A stretch of 63,229 bases of DNA, the filler included, from Klebsormidium nitens (lineage: Eukaryota > Plantae > Klebsormidiophyceae), in assembly GCA_000708835.1 (NCBI GenBank). It is 5 parts of 5 records of this genome, joined end to end, with 100 filler letters (N's around TTAATTAATTAA, not from the genome) between each part and the next. Parts side by side here need not be neighbours in the genome. Positions count along the whole stretch, not along the records: positions 1 to 28,037 come from DF237804.1; 4 more parts are not named here. One strand, written 5' to 3'. The translations under genes and the position numbers were made by a program. How positions within the stretch are numbered: position 1 is the first letter of the stretch; every line of letters begins with the position of its first letter. Below the pieces are notes generated by a model. The model had not been told where the DNA came from. It saw only the letters and a program-made list of their open reading frames with translations, and searched no databases. Positions 12,988-25,000 of this stretch are shown here, in pieces.

Positions 12988-13250
12988 GCCCATCGTCCGC
13001 ACACCTTGATCATTAGAGGCACGTCGTCCGCAACGGTGTTCATTGAGAAACCCGTCGTCCGCCAAAGGTAGTTTTCTACAAACACGTCGTCCGCAGAATG
13101 TAGCTATTGACAAACCCGTCGTCCGCGAAAGATAGTTTTTGACAAACCCGTCGTCCGCAAAAGGTAGTTAGCGAGAAACCCGTCGTTTGCAGAGTTGATT
13201 ATTGAGAAGCGGTCGTCCGCAGAGGTAGTCACGGTATAGAAGCCCGCCGC
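12988..13250. repeat. About 32-bp minisatellite, 8-9 degenerate units, downstream of the PDR stop
   Basis: Core CGTCGTCCGC (or variant) starts at 12991, 13022, 13053, 13085, 13117, 13149, 13181 and 13211. Confidence 0.85.
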
Positions 13251-13971
13251 CCACAAACTCTTGACACCGCTGGACCATCACTTAGAGCATCAGTGAAGCG
13301 CTTCGTGATGAAGCCGCCCTGGCACCCGCGATTAGTGCGTAGCAATTGAACAAACCTTTTCGAGAGAAGAATGTACAGGTGGTTAAGACATTATTAGAGG
13401 GAACTACCATTTAATCATCAAACTTGATCAACCGCTACACTTAGACACCGCTTCGCGAGCATCAAGAGCGCTTCGAAATGAAGACGCTCATTCGCAGATC
13501 GCATTTGAGACAAAGCAACAAAAAGTATTATCTGATGATCTGATTGATTTTTAGGACAAGGTTCCGATACTTGTTGCGCGCGGCCGCGGCCGCGCTCAGT
13601 GACCTGCATGCGTTCCCCTTTTTGGCTTTCGCATGCATACATTCGTCTCCTATTTTTTCATTTCTCAGATTCGTGTACTCTATATTGGAATAGATATGAC
13701 CAGAAATGCTGATGACCGTTTCTTGCAGCGTATATGCATGCCGGCCCGAGCATGGGGCAAGTGCACCGCATGATCGCTGATGTAACGCGATTGAAACGCT
13801 CTTCATGGGGGCCGGACAGCTTGAAATGAGTATGACGTTTCTAAAGTCTGACTTGAGCCAACGGGAGATATACAATTGCGGGACCGGAATTGCACGTAAC
13901 GAGTTTGAAAAGTTAAAAACAAACCCACGCGTTCCGCACCCATCCACACTTTAACCCCTCGAAACTTTCAC

Positions 13972-14450
13972 CCGTCCACTGGGCGCTGACCACCTCACGT
14001 TGACTGTATCCAACCTGATCGAATTGATATTGATAAGCTGGACATGTGATGCATGTAGCGTGCCAAAACAGGCGGACTGCAGATCTGAGAAATGGCTGGG
14101 GGACAAGCCTCTTCGCAGTCACCACCGTCCATCTTGTCAACGTTAACGGATTGGACGGTCAGATCGCTGCGCCAAAATCCATACGTGCCAACAGCTATTG
14201 CCCAAATTGCACTCACAGACTAGCTTCATTAGCTGAAGATCGGACGGCTGTGACAGCGTTTCGGCCATCGAAGCGGGTCTGCGGTCCGCATGAAAAAGTC
14301 CAGTCGTTGGAGTGACTAAGGGACCGTAAGGGAGCGCAGCATGTGTTGGCATCGATTGTGGGCTCTGCGGAGGTCGGAACTTCTGCACATATGCGGGCGG
14401 GAACTCCAAGTAGTCCCCATGCTTTGTAGGGTGGTAAGGATTCTTAGTCT
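13972..14450 (-). other. Possible two exons of an unidentified spliced gene
   Basis: 14450-14217 (CAG|, |GTGAGT) and 14076-13972 (CTGCAG|, |GTGAAA) join in phase as ...QLMKLVFRLFWHATCITCPAYQYQFDQVGYSQREVVSAQWT. No family recognised, and no start or stop established. Confidence 0.3.
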
Positions 14451-14720
14451 CTGAAGCCGGACCATGACACAATCAGACATTGTTTCCAATCCAAGAAGCC
14501 AGGCTCGTCAGGTTTAAAACGACGTAACTCGAGGTCGAAAAGCAGAATAATGAAGGTGCTAGAGCTACCTAAGTTTGGCTTTCACGAGCGGACAGCAACG
14601 TAGCGTGATCTCGCCTCGTTAGTACTACAGTTTGGGCAAGGGGCACCGTCCCTTCTTCTTCCAGCGGCAGCCGCCACTGGAAGATCCTTTGGAACGACTG
14701 ATAAGAACCGTTTTCAAAAG

Positions 14721-14826
14721 CTTCCGCACCGGTTTCTAATCGGCAACGATCTTCATCGGTATTGCCTTCACTGAGATCTTCCGCACCAGTTCCTAATCGG
14801 AAACGATCTTCATCACGGTAGTATTG
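14721..14826. repeat. 57-bp tandem duplication
   Basis: CTTCCGCACC.GTT.CTAATCGG.AACGATCTTCATC at 14721 and 14778; on the minus strand it reads DEDRFRLGTGAE / DEDRCRLETGAE. Confidence 0.8.
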
Positions 14827-16028
14827 CCCTCGAGAAGGCATTGCGTTGATCAGTATTCGAATGGTCTGTCGATAAATTACAATAGACCCGGACTGCATGT
14901 TCCTAGCTGAGTCGTCCTTATTCTACGCTAATTTCTCAAACCCCCTACGCGCACACCCGGCAGCCGGCCCGCGCTCTGGCTGCACGTCAGGCGGCTGACG
15001 GTGGCGTCAGCGCCGGTTTATCGAGTTGTATCAAGACCTTGCGAGGTCCGCGACCGCTCATTCCCGTGAGTGCATGTATGGTTTAGGTTTAGTACCTTAA
15101 CAATTCAGCCTCTGCCAGAATGAATCCACTGGGATCTTGGAGGAGACATGGTGCAATGCACGCACCTCGCTCTACTTTTAAAGTAACACCTCAATACATG
15201 TATGAAGCCTCTCTGGCCCGTGAAAGCGCTCCCAGGCGGCATCTTTCGAGGGCCGCCCGGCCGACACCATCGCTGATTGATTCGGCTCAGGAAAATAAGG
15301 ATGAAATGAGATAAGAAAGTACTTTCGTAATTCTATATATGAGGATGACGATAAAGACAACTACGACCAAACAACCGGGTTTACCTACTGAGCAAGCTTC
15401 AAGACTCGCATACATGTCCAATGATTGCTCGTTGCATCTTTAATGCATTGTGTTGCGGTGCATCGACCGAATGACACTTCGCAGACGTCGACAGAGTGCA
15501 GAGTCGACAGAGTGCTCCTCACCCACAAAGGAAGACGCTGTCGCTTGATTACCGAAAAGTATATTCTCTGAATCTCTGATGCAACCTACTGACTGATGTT
15601 TTCTTGTCGGTAGGGCGGCCGTCGAATCCTTCACACAAACATATTGTCACACTTTCCGTTCAAGCGGATGTCAGTGCATGGAAGCTATTGTCTGCGCCGC
15701 TTACGTACAGGGTGCAGTGTGCTTATATCAAGTTTCGGTCTGACTACAATATAGTTAAGTTCATGCAATGTCTAGTTCGAAACAAGGTCCCAGGAAGGGG
15801 CCTTACTTTTAAGAGCACCGCAACTTGGTGCTTCCTACACAAACCCTAACAAACTTGACGCCTTAAGTCCAGCTTTCATGGTCTACGGTGATTTCTAAGT
15901 AGCGCACGGCACACCAGGCTCTACTCCTAATGGAAGTCCTACGTCAGTTAACCCGTCGAAGCAAGGTGCTTCCTCCCCCCATATTATGGCACACCTACGC
16001 ACTTTATATTTATCAGTGATCGTTGACG

Positions 16029-19000
16029 TCACAGAGTGACGTCCTCTTCCTCAAATGTGAACACCGCCACGGTTCCCTTGGTCCGCCTGAGCTGGGTTGC
16101 CCCGTCCGCACGCTCGGTGCTCTGCCCCGGCCACCTGGGAACTAGACTGGACGCCATTCTGAGCGCTCTTTGGAGCGCATCTCCGGGCCCGCTTCCCGGC
16201 TCCCCCCCCTGTTCATTCTCTTCGTTTACGACGAACCAGCGCATGCTGGAGGATCCTCTCAACGCCCGGCCGCTGGCCAGCCGCAACAGACTGGCGGTCG
16301 GGGCTCGCATCGCTTGCGTCCGGTCAGGCGCAGAGTCATTCGACCCCGTTCCGCTCCGTTCCGGCGGATCCGCTGAGCGGCCCCCGTCTGTTTCCAAACG
16401 CGGGGGCCAGCGCACCGCCGGCCGGCTCTCTCCCAGCCCCCCCGTTCCGGGGCGCCGTTCCGCTCTCGCAGGCCTCCGCTTTAGGTCCTGCCCGCGGCCG
16501 GAGTTCCGCTGGTACGAGTCGCCGTCCTTCCGCATCCGCTGCGGCTTGGGGGACGTCATCACCTTACGCTCCTCCCGCGGTCCCTTGAAAGGCCCTTCTC
16601 CGTTCCGACTCTTGCCCCGGTTTCTCGCGCCGGTCGCGGTTTCATCCAGCCCGGCGCCCCGATAGCGCTCCACCCGAGTACTTTCTGCCCCATCCTCCGC
16701 CCAGGATCGTGTCATCGGGGCTCCCTTCCTTGCTTCTCTCGACCCGTCTCTGCTTTCCGCTCCCGCCTTTACCGACGCTCCGACCACGGGTCGTTCTAGC
16801 AAAACCTGCCTTTCTGGCCCTTCAATCCGTGCTGTCCGTTTCGCTTGCTTTCCCGTCAAGTGTCGCTCTCCGGATCCGTCTCCTTCCGCCCACTCCGCGC
16901 GTTCCGCTCTTCTTTCTGTCCCCTTCTTCCTTTCACCAACGAGTTCCTCGGCACGTGTTATTCTTTCCGCTCCTTTGTCCTTCCGGTGTGCCTTTCGGGC
17001 CGCTTGTCTTCCCGTCCGTTCCACCCGTTCAGCTCCCCCAACCGCCAAATGCTGCTCTAGCACCACTCTTCCTTCCATGCGTTCCGCGCGTTCCGCTCTC
17101 CGCTCCGCCCATAGCACCCACTGCGCCCGGAGCTCCGTCACGCTCGCCCACCACTGGTACAAAATTTGTATTCCGATCGCCAGTACTTGCAGTACAAGCA
17201 TGAGTACTCCCAAGCCCCGGTCCTTAGCGGAACCTTTGAACTCTTCGCGCCCAGACTGCACCGCTAGGCTCAGCGTGAGAAGCTCTAGGAGGGCCACGAC
17301 GATTTCAACCGCTTGCAAGGCCCGGCTTATATACGGCTTCCCCATAAGCAGCCAGCCCAGATACCCCAGGCACGTGACCAGAAGAGCCGTCAGCTGGGTC
17401 ATGTTCGGCCCCCCGCCCGCCACGTGTCCACCCACGGCGCCGAGAAACGCGCCAAAGATCAGCTTCTTCGTCAGCACCGCCCCCAAATGACATGTGGCGA
17501 GCAAACGCGCGAGCGCGCAGAGCGGGTCGACGAAGCGCGCGAGCCGCGCGCTCGCGCTCTCCGGGGCCCTCTCAGAGACGACATCACTCCCAGGTCTTTC
17601 GGCGCTGCCGATGACGTCGCCGCTTCCGTCGCGTGCTGGTCTCTCCCGGGCTGAAACCCTTCGCTCTACTTCTTGACGAACTTTGCGGCCCGGCACTTCT
17701 TTCCGGACGACGAAAGTCGTTTCGGGCGCCCGGAACGCTTCGAAGAGGATGCCAAAGCGTGCTGCCACGTGGCGGCCGCTCACGCGGTCATCGACCCACC
17801 GGCCAGTGCTCTCCGTGACAACGAACGCCTCGAGCATACGCCGGCGCCACGTGGCGCGCGGAGGAGGCCTCCACTCCTCCTGGAACGACACCGCTGAACC
17901 CTGAGCAAACAAAAAGGCGGCCGGGTAAGAAAGAGGGTTTGTTGCGGGTTTCGATTGTCGAGTCTTTGGAATTAACAAAGCAAGGATAGGCGCTCCATGT
18001 TTTTGGTGCCGCAAATGAATCCCAAAAGGAAGCCCATGGCGCACGTCAGCAACGGGGTCACGGAGCGGACCGTGCGCGAATCGAAGTGGGAGGGCAGAGC
18101 AAAACTTTTAGGCAGCGGTCGCGAAGGGCTTAGCAACTTTGTGGAAAGGAAACGCGGGAGCGAATCTTCGAAGGTCGGACACCAGGTGATGTTGTTGAGC
18201 GGTCGATCTTGCTGTCGAAAGACGGGTGGCAGGAACGTCGCTAAGGACTGCCATAATTCGATACAGCGGAATGCAGAAGTTGAGGTTGCGGAAAACGTAC
18301 CCGTATTGAAGGTGCTGCAACTGTTACTAGCCAGAGACCGGGTCAAAATGGATCTGCGGCTTTCAAATCTTGGCCAGCTTCTTTTGATATTTCCTCAATC
18401 TGAATTTGAAAAAGAATGACATCGGAGATGGGATCCGAACCAGCACCATGTTTCCTCGTAATCTGGTTGACGCGCATTCGAGGCCGTATTCTCCTCTCCT
18501 TTCTTTCGTACCGCGTTTGAAAACGCGACACGCTCGACTCCATGGAAAGAGCCGGACCTAGGACTTACCAAGATTACTTTGGACGCCAAAAACGCCAGAA
18601 GAGCCACGATTGCGCCGAAAGGGAGCAGCATGAGCAGCACGCTGCCACAGAACGCCTGCAACGCGGAACCTGCAAGGAATTGCAGATGAATTCCAATTTT
18701 GAATGTTTTGGGATTCTAGGAACTTGTGCTTTAGGGTTTTAAGAACCTGGGCTAGGGCTTTACGAAGTGAACAGCGAGCCGCAGTCCCAGCCTACGTCTG
18801 CTTACACTGGTGACATGGCGAATCTCCCTTTTGACCCGGACTTCGGACTCCAAACTCAAAGATATCCACGTTGCAAGGAAGCTCAAGCTACGACGGAACG
18901 GGTGCTCTAAAGCTTTGAGCGTTACCTTGCATCAGCGCCGCGCACGCTTGCGTCAGCGCAGAGAAGGACAGGAGTCCGGCCACGAGTTCCGGACGAGGGA

Positions 19001-22000
19001 AGTGCAGCGGAGCCGGAACGGGCCGCCGGAGACCACGCGAGATCAGCAGCCCCAGCGAGATGCGGAGGATAGTGGCGGCAGAAAGAACCAGGAGCACGCG
19101 GAATAAGAGGAGTCCAGCTGTCAAGGCGCTGCAGGAAGATGAAGAATTCGAGCTTATTGGTGAGCAGTAACCGGAATTTAAAGGCAAGATTCCGAGTGGC
19201 CATAAATGAGATTACGAGCATGGATATTTGCTTTCCTCCTGTGGCACTAGCCAATGAGTGAAGCCAAGCCTTCACACGAATCTAAAATCTCCTGGAAAAT
19301 GAGATTACGAAAGCTTTTAGAACCTGGAAGGGATAAATACTGGCAACTCCCACTGTTCCTGAAAGTTGCGGGCTTGGAAGCAGGAATAACCTTGTGCGCT
19401 GCGCACTTGCTCCTCAAGCTAGCACATTCCGTCTCATGAAGCTTTCTCACGTGCGTTGTCCTCTTCATCTGAAGAAAGGTCACCATTCATTGAGTGGGTG
19501 ATAATACTCACTGTGCTTCAACTGCCACGTTGAACTGGACATAAGCGGCGCCAGCGGTGCTCGTTTGTAGGAGGCGCCGCTTTGAGGCGCTTGAAGGCGG
19601 GGGTGTCAGATTAGTTCCGGCCGTTAATTGCACGCTCGATGTGGTGGAACCACTTTCCAGATTCTGCGCACAAACGAGTGAGATGTCTAAAAGTTAACAT
19701 GTGGAGATTAGAAGCTGGAAGTGATGGTCGTAGGTACTGGCGTGATGAAATTTTCAGATTAGACAGAGCTTTTCGATTCAAGCGCTACCAGAAGTGTGCG
19801 GTTCAGAAAACTGCCTGGCTCTGACAAGAGAAGGCCGTGATGAGCCACTTGGAGCTTCCTGCCGGGCCGCATCTGGGACAGGTAAGTGGTAAGTAAATTC
19901 CAGGTGAAGTTTAATTAAATTGACCTTCACATTGCGGAAAGCTGAACTGACAGTGGAGACTAACCACCACTTGCCTAACCCCGGAACAAAGCGCTTCCGA
20001 CCAGAATGATATCTGAGTCTGTAAGGTCGACTTTGACCCTTACCGTCCATGCCAGCTGATTAGCGACTTCCGTAAACACAGCCGGCTGCTGCACGGCCAG
20101 TTTCCGCAGGAGCGCAAACCCCTGCACGGTTGACGCTAACCCCAAAAAGTTTCCCTGTACGACGTAGCTCGTCGCGCCGGGGGCCCAGGCCGGGATTCCG
20201 GCGGCTCCGGCGCCGGACGCTCCGCTGAGCAGAACGGAAAGGACGGGCGAGGCGGCGACGAGGGCGGAAATGGCGGCCGTTGACGCGATTGCGGCTGTCA
20301 AGAAGTTTACGCTGAGCGAAGTTCCGCCAGCGGTGGCGAGCAAGCCGGAATAACCTGAACAATAAACTAGGTTAAGAGCATGGTGCAGCTTAGGACCGTT
20401 GGTCTAGAACCACGAGTCGCATTGAGCAGGCTTTCGCGCCAAAGAGCCCACGTCGGCTGTAGTGGACATGAAATGGAATGGGGCAAAGATGACTCCAAAG
20501 GAAACGTCAAGACTCTGGTTGTGTCTTAAGAATCTGCAATCGGGTTAGCTGCGGGTTTACACCACAGATGAACGGACAAGGGGAGCTTTTTCGGAGTGAG
20601 TTTCTGTTTACCTTGTCGTCCACTCGCGTTCAAAGAGCTGGCAGAAACGAAGGAATTGACATGCATGTTGCCACCGTCCAGTTGACAAACAAGCTGCAAT
20701 CGGTATCTGCAATTTGCGCAGCGAGCGGTGCTGTTCGAACCGGCCTGAAATTGATGTGGAATTGCTTCGAGAAGCATTCAGAAGGCAGCTTGTAACCCCT
20801 GAAACCAACGCATCCAGTACAAGGACCTTAGATGGAGAGAATGCTTCTTCAGAAGAATTTGAGAATATCCTTTCTGTCTGGACCTCAGAGACTCGAGTTT
20901 TAACAAGCGGGTTCTGTTGATTTGCTCACCGAAATCAACATCGAGCACGTTGGACTCCGCGTTCGCGTTTCCAGCCAAGTCCATCACCGCGCCCGCGCCC
21001 ACCCACACGCGCGCACTGCCACGTGTCACTGTGACATCTTGCGCCACCGTTATGACGTAACCCAGCCCGTCACCCTGTGCCTCAACCCCCGTCACACTAC
21101 AATCCGCCGTCAAAACCTGGCCGACACCGAACGCCGTCCCTTTGATAACCGCCCCGTTTGCTGACGTCACTCCGGCGGCGTATGACGCCAGCACGCGCTC
21201 GCTAAAGCGCACCAAGACGGCCGCCGTGCGCACGGAGGACGTCAGCGAACTCAGATCGCCGCCACCGCTGTCGTAAGCGCTCAGCTCCACTGTGGGACTC
21301 TCTACATCGTACAGGATCTCTAGCGTTTCCGACGCTTCGTTCGCGCTTCCGACGGAATCCGTGCAGCGGTTGGACGGAACCCAAACGCTGAAAGTTGTGC
21401 CGGGCCCGTCCGGCCACACTTGGAACGAGAAGCTGTCGCCCTGCGCGCGGCTCGCGGCCGCGCCGCCGTTGATGACGACCAGAGCGGTCGATCCGACGGC
21501 CTGGATTGCGCTGAAGTTGGAGGCGCTTCCGGTCGGGAAAAGGCTCGCCTGGCTCCGAAAATTGGCAAGTTTGCCACCGGCGACCGACACTTCAGCCGCG
21601 GTAAAGCCTGCTACCAGTCTATCAAAAGTGACTGAGAAATCGACCGGGGACTTATTGGTGCCCCACGAAAGATTTCTCCCCTGCCCGGGAGGAAGTCTGA
21701 GCGCGTCAAGAGCGGGTCTCAAATTCGGCCTCGGCCCGTGCGATTCAAAGTAGACCGAAGCGTTCGCGGCAGCGTTTGGATTGCCAGCGGCGTCCGTGCA
21801 AACGCCCGCTGCGATCGTGAAAACAATGGGCCCATCGCCCAGGGGGATGAAGTTCAGCGTGAATTCGCCCCCCCCGGATTGGAAGAAACTGCTTGGGTCG
21901 GGCAAGGCCTGCCCGTTCACACCAAGCTCGCACGAGGTTGTACTGCGGCATGTGAAGCCGCCGCCCCCAAGACACGGTTCACCGAATCTGACGACTACTG

Positions 22001-25000
22001 TAACTGGATTTTGACTGGTGGGTGATCTCGGGGTTAGTATCTCCACACTTGGAGAAATGAGATCGATAACCCAGGAATAGACAAAACTCCCAGTGTTACC
22101 CAGATCGTCGGTGACGGAGACCGTGACTGCGTGCGGGCCTTCTCCAAGGGATTCGTAGTCCACTTCGAGAACGGTCCCGTTGACTGAGAACTTCCCGGTG
22201 CAAGCGACCGGGGGCTGACTGTCGAGCACGCAAAGCGCGGTGCAATTGGCACATGTCGCACCCGGGGAATGGTCCCGGGCGGAGAAGACGACCGTTCCGC
22301 TGACTACACTGCTCGAGTTCCGCGGACCAGACACCAGTCCTATCACCGGAAGCCGTTTGTCCACGACCCAGGTATACCTGGCAGCAACCGACGCGACGTT
22401 ACCGGCCACATCGACGGCTAGAACGGCCAACACGTGGACGGTTAGGGAGTTCTCCCCGCCTAAACCCGTTAGCAGGACCGGGTTAAGATCTGTCAGTAGA
22501 ACCGGGTTTGGACACGGTTTGTAAGCTTGGGCGTCCAAAGAGCAGAGGTATGTACACGTGTCGCAGTCTGACAGGCCGCCGTTGATCTGATCCGTTGCTC
22601 CGAAGCGGAACTGGGCAGTTCCGGAACTCGCGGTGGTGGGCGGACCGGAAACTATTAAGACGTTGGGGGGTATTGTGTCGACGACCCACCTGTTGAAAAG
22701 AGCCCACAGTGAGACCTGTGTGCACGCGGCCGCTAAAAATCCGGATTGTTCAATGTAGCAGTCGTTTCCTGAGATCCTCGATGCCTAAGCGTCGCAAAAA
22801 GGGCCAATGGAAAGACCAGCCTCGATGAACGGGCCTGAAGAAGCATCCCCTGTCGAATTACTCCTTCCGGCTCGTCTGTCATGATGCCGCACGAACGCGG
22901 ATTGCTCATTTCAATCACGTTCCAGCTTCCAAATGAAACAAGTCTTCAAGTGCCACAGCTCAAGCACTTAAGATTCAACCGTCGTTTAGTTGAAAACAAA
23001 GATCCGGCAACTTTCAGCCCACTCGCGTAGAAAAAAACGCGGCAACAAGAAGGCGAAAGGCAAAAGCAACAGGCACAAAGGCAAAGGCAAATGCAAAGGC
23101 GAAAGGGTGAGGAGCAAAAGCCACTGTTGGCGTTGCTCACTCGTACGGTGCGGACAGCGTCGTGACGTTCCGATTGTCCGTAACCATAACCACCAACGAC
23201 TGCTGCCCCTGCTGGAGCCCCAGCAACTTCAGGGGGATCCCCGCGTCGCAGCCCAGAAACGGCCCCCCGTTCACTTGACACTCATAACTACACCCCCCGC
23301 ACGGCAAGTCTCTCAGAGTGCCCGTAAACCGCAGCACCGCTGCGCTGCTGTTCGTCACCGGGGGGGGGCCGGTGATCACGTTTCCGAGCGGGAGGCTGAA
23401 GTTGACCTGCCACGTGTAGCCCGCGGAGGCGCCCACGTTGCCGAACACGTCGACTGCTTTGACGGCGAACGAGTGGGGCCCTTCGGAGAGGGGGGCGTAG
23501 GTTACGCCGGTCGCCGGGTCGCATGACCGGGGGGAGCCGGAGTCTAGGGCGCAGTAGAAGAGGCAGCCGGGGCAAGACACCGGGGAGGAAGGACCGGGCG
23601 TGACGGCGCCAAACCGGAAAGTCGCGTTGGGGAGTGCGGTTGGAGTCGGGGGAAAAGAGAAGATGCCGGTTTTTGGTCCGACTAGGACCGCTGTCCAGTT
23701 GTATGAGAGCTTCGAGTTGAGGATTCCGTCGGGATCGGTTGTCGTGAGGAAGAAGGTGTGGGCACCGTTGGTGAGGTTGCTGCAACGTGCAGGAACGGTG
23801 CGATCAGCGGGAGGCGCGAGGCTTTGAAGATTCGATGGCCAGCGCGTTTGATACGTGGAATTTGGATAGAGGCTATGGTAGCAGGATTCTTAGGTCATTA
23901 AGGTTGCATGCTGAATCAAGAGTCGCAGGCGTAAAGCTCGCATTTGCAAACATTGAGGCCGGCCAAGCACTTCAAGAGAGAGAAAGAATCAAGTCGATGC
24001 TATCTTCTGTTGTGCGATCTGGACGGATTCTGCCATCAACAAACCCTCCTCAAGTGGCTTCAAGTCTTATCGACGCCCTAAAGGAATAATATCTTCTCGA
24101 AACGCGCAGACAGCAACTCCTTGGAAGACACTCTCTGACAGATGAACGAGAAACGCAAGGAGGCAAAGCGCGAGAAACGAACCTGTAAGTTATTCCGGCC
24201 GTCCCCTGCAGGCAGGCCTGCCCCGGTTGCTGGTCCAGCTGGCACGTAAACGTACAGTTTGTGCACCGGTCGTAGGAGCCCAGAATTTTGCCGCGAAAAG
24301 TGAACCGAGCGGTCGGCGATCCTGTCACCACGGGGGGCGTCGCCGTGAACTGACCTTCCGGACGATTGAGCGCGATCTGGCGAAGGGATTCAATGCACAT
24401 TAAGAAGGGCTTCGTAGTTCAAAAAGACAGATTTTAGGGTATTTTGCACCCCATCGGATGTCTCTGGTTAGACCTGAGCCTCGCGAGCCTGCGGTTTGTG
24501 GCTGTGGTTAGGCAGCTGGGTTGGCTCAGACAGGGCGGGGATATAGATAGATGATTGAAGAACGAGGAGAACGAACGGTCTTCGACCACTTCACATGATG
24601 AATCAAGCACGGAAAGAAGAGAAGTCGGGACGGAGCGCTTTGAAGTTCTTAACGAGGGTTATGGAGCAGACAGGCGCACGGACAAATTTTCAATTGGATT
24701 GTGGCAACAAGGTGGTGAATTAGAGGGCAGGAGGACCGGCAAAAAGTCAAGCGAGTCCAATCATGGGTTGCGAATCATCAACTCAACGATGCGCTTCGCA
24801 ACCCAACGATGCGCCTGCGAATAAACGTTGCGCGTGTCCAAGTGGGGATCGGGAAGCAATATTCGCAAAAGGATGAACGCTTTCCTGCTTGAGCTCACCA
24901 CAAACGTGAACGTCACCGGAAGGCTCTCCTCGTTGCCGGCCACGTCTATGCTCTGCGCCGCGAACGTGTGCGACCCCGGTTGCAGGGAGTAGCTTATGGG

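Noticed and set aside
12988-13250. CRISPR array
   Set aside because: The period of about 32 bp is too short, the variable halves are homologous to each other, there are no cas genes, and the context is eukaryotic.
15120-15849. Small plus-strand ORFs (64 and 81 aa) after a possible GTGAGT donor
   Set aside because: No recognisable family and no phase-consistent model could be built.
16036-17904. Long plus-strand ORFs over the surface-protein last exon
   Set aside because: Antisense shadows of a GC-rich coding exon; the same applies to most overlapping ORFs at 20922-23827, 27173-28085, 37189-37717 and 40955-44020.
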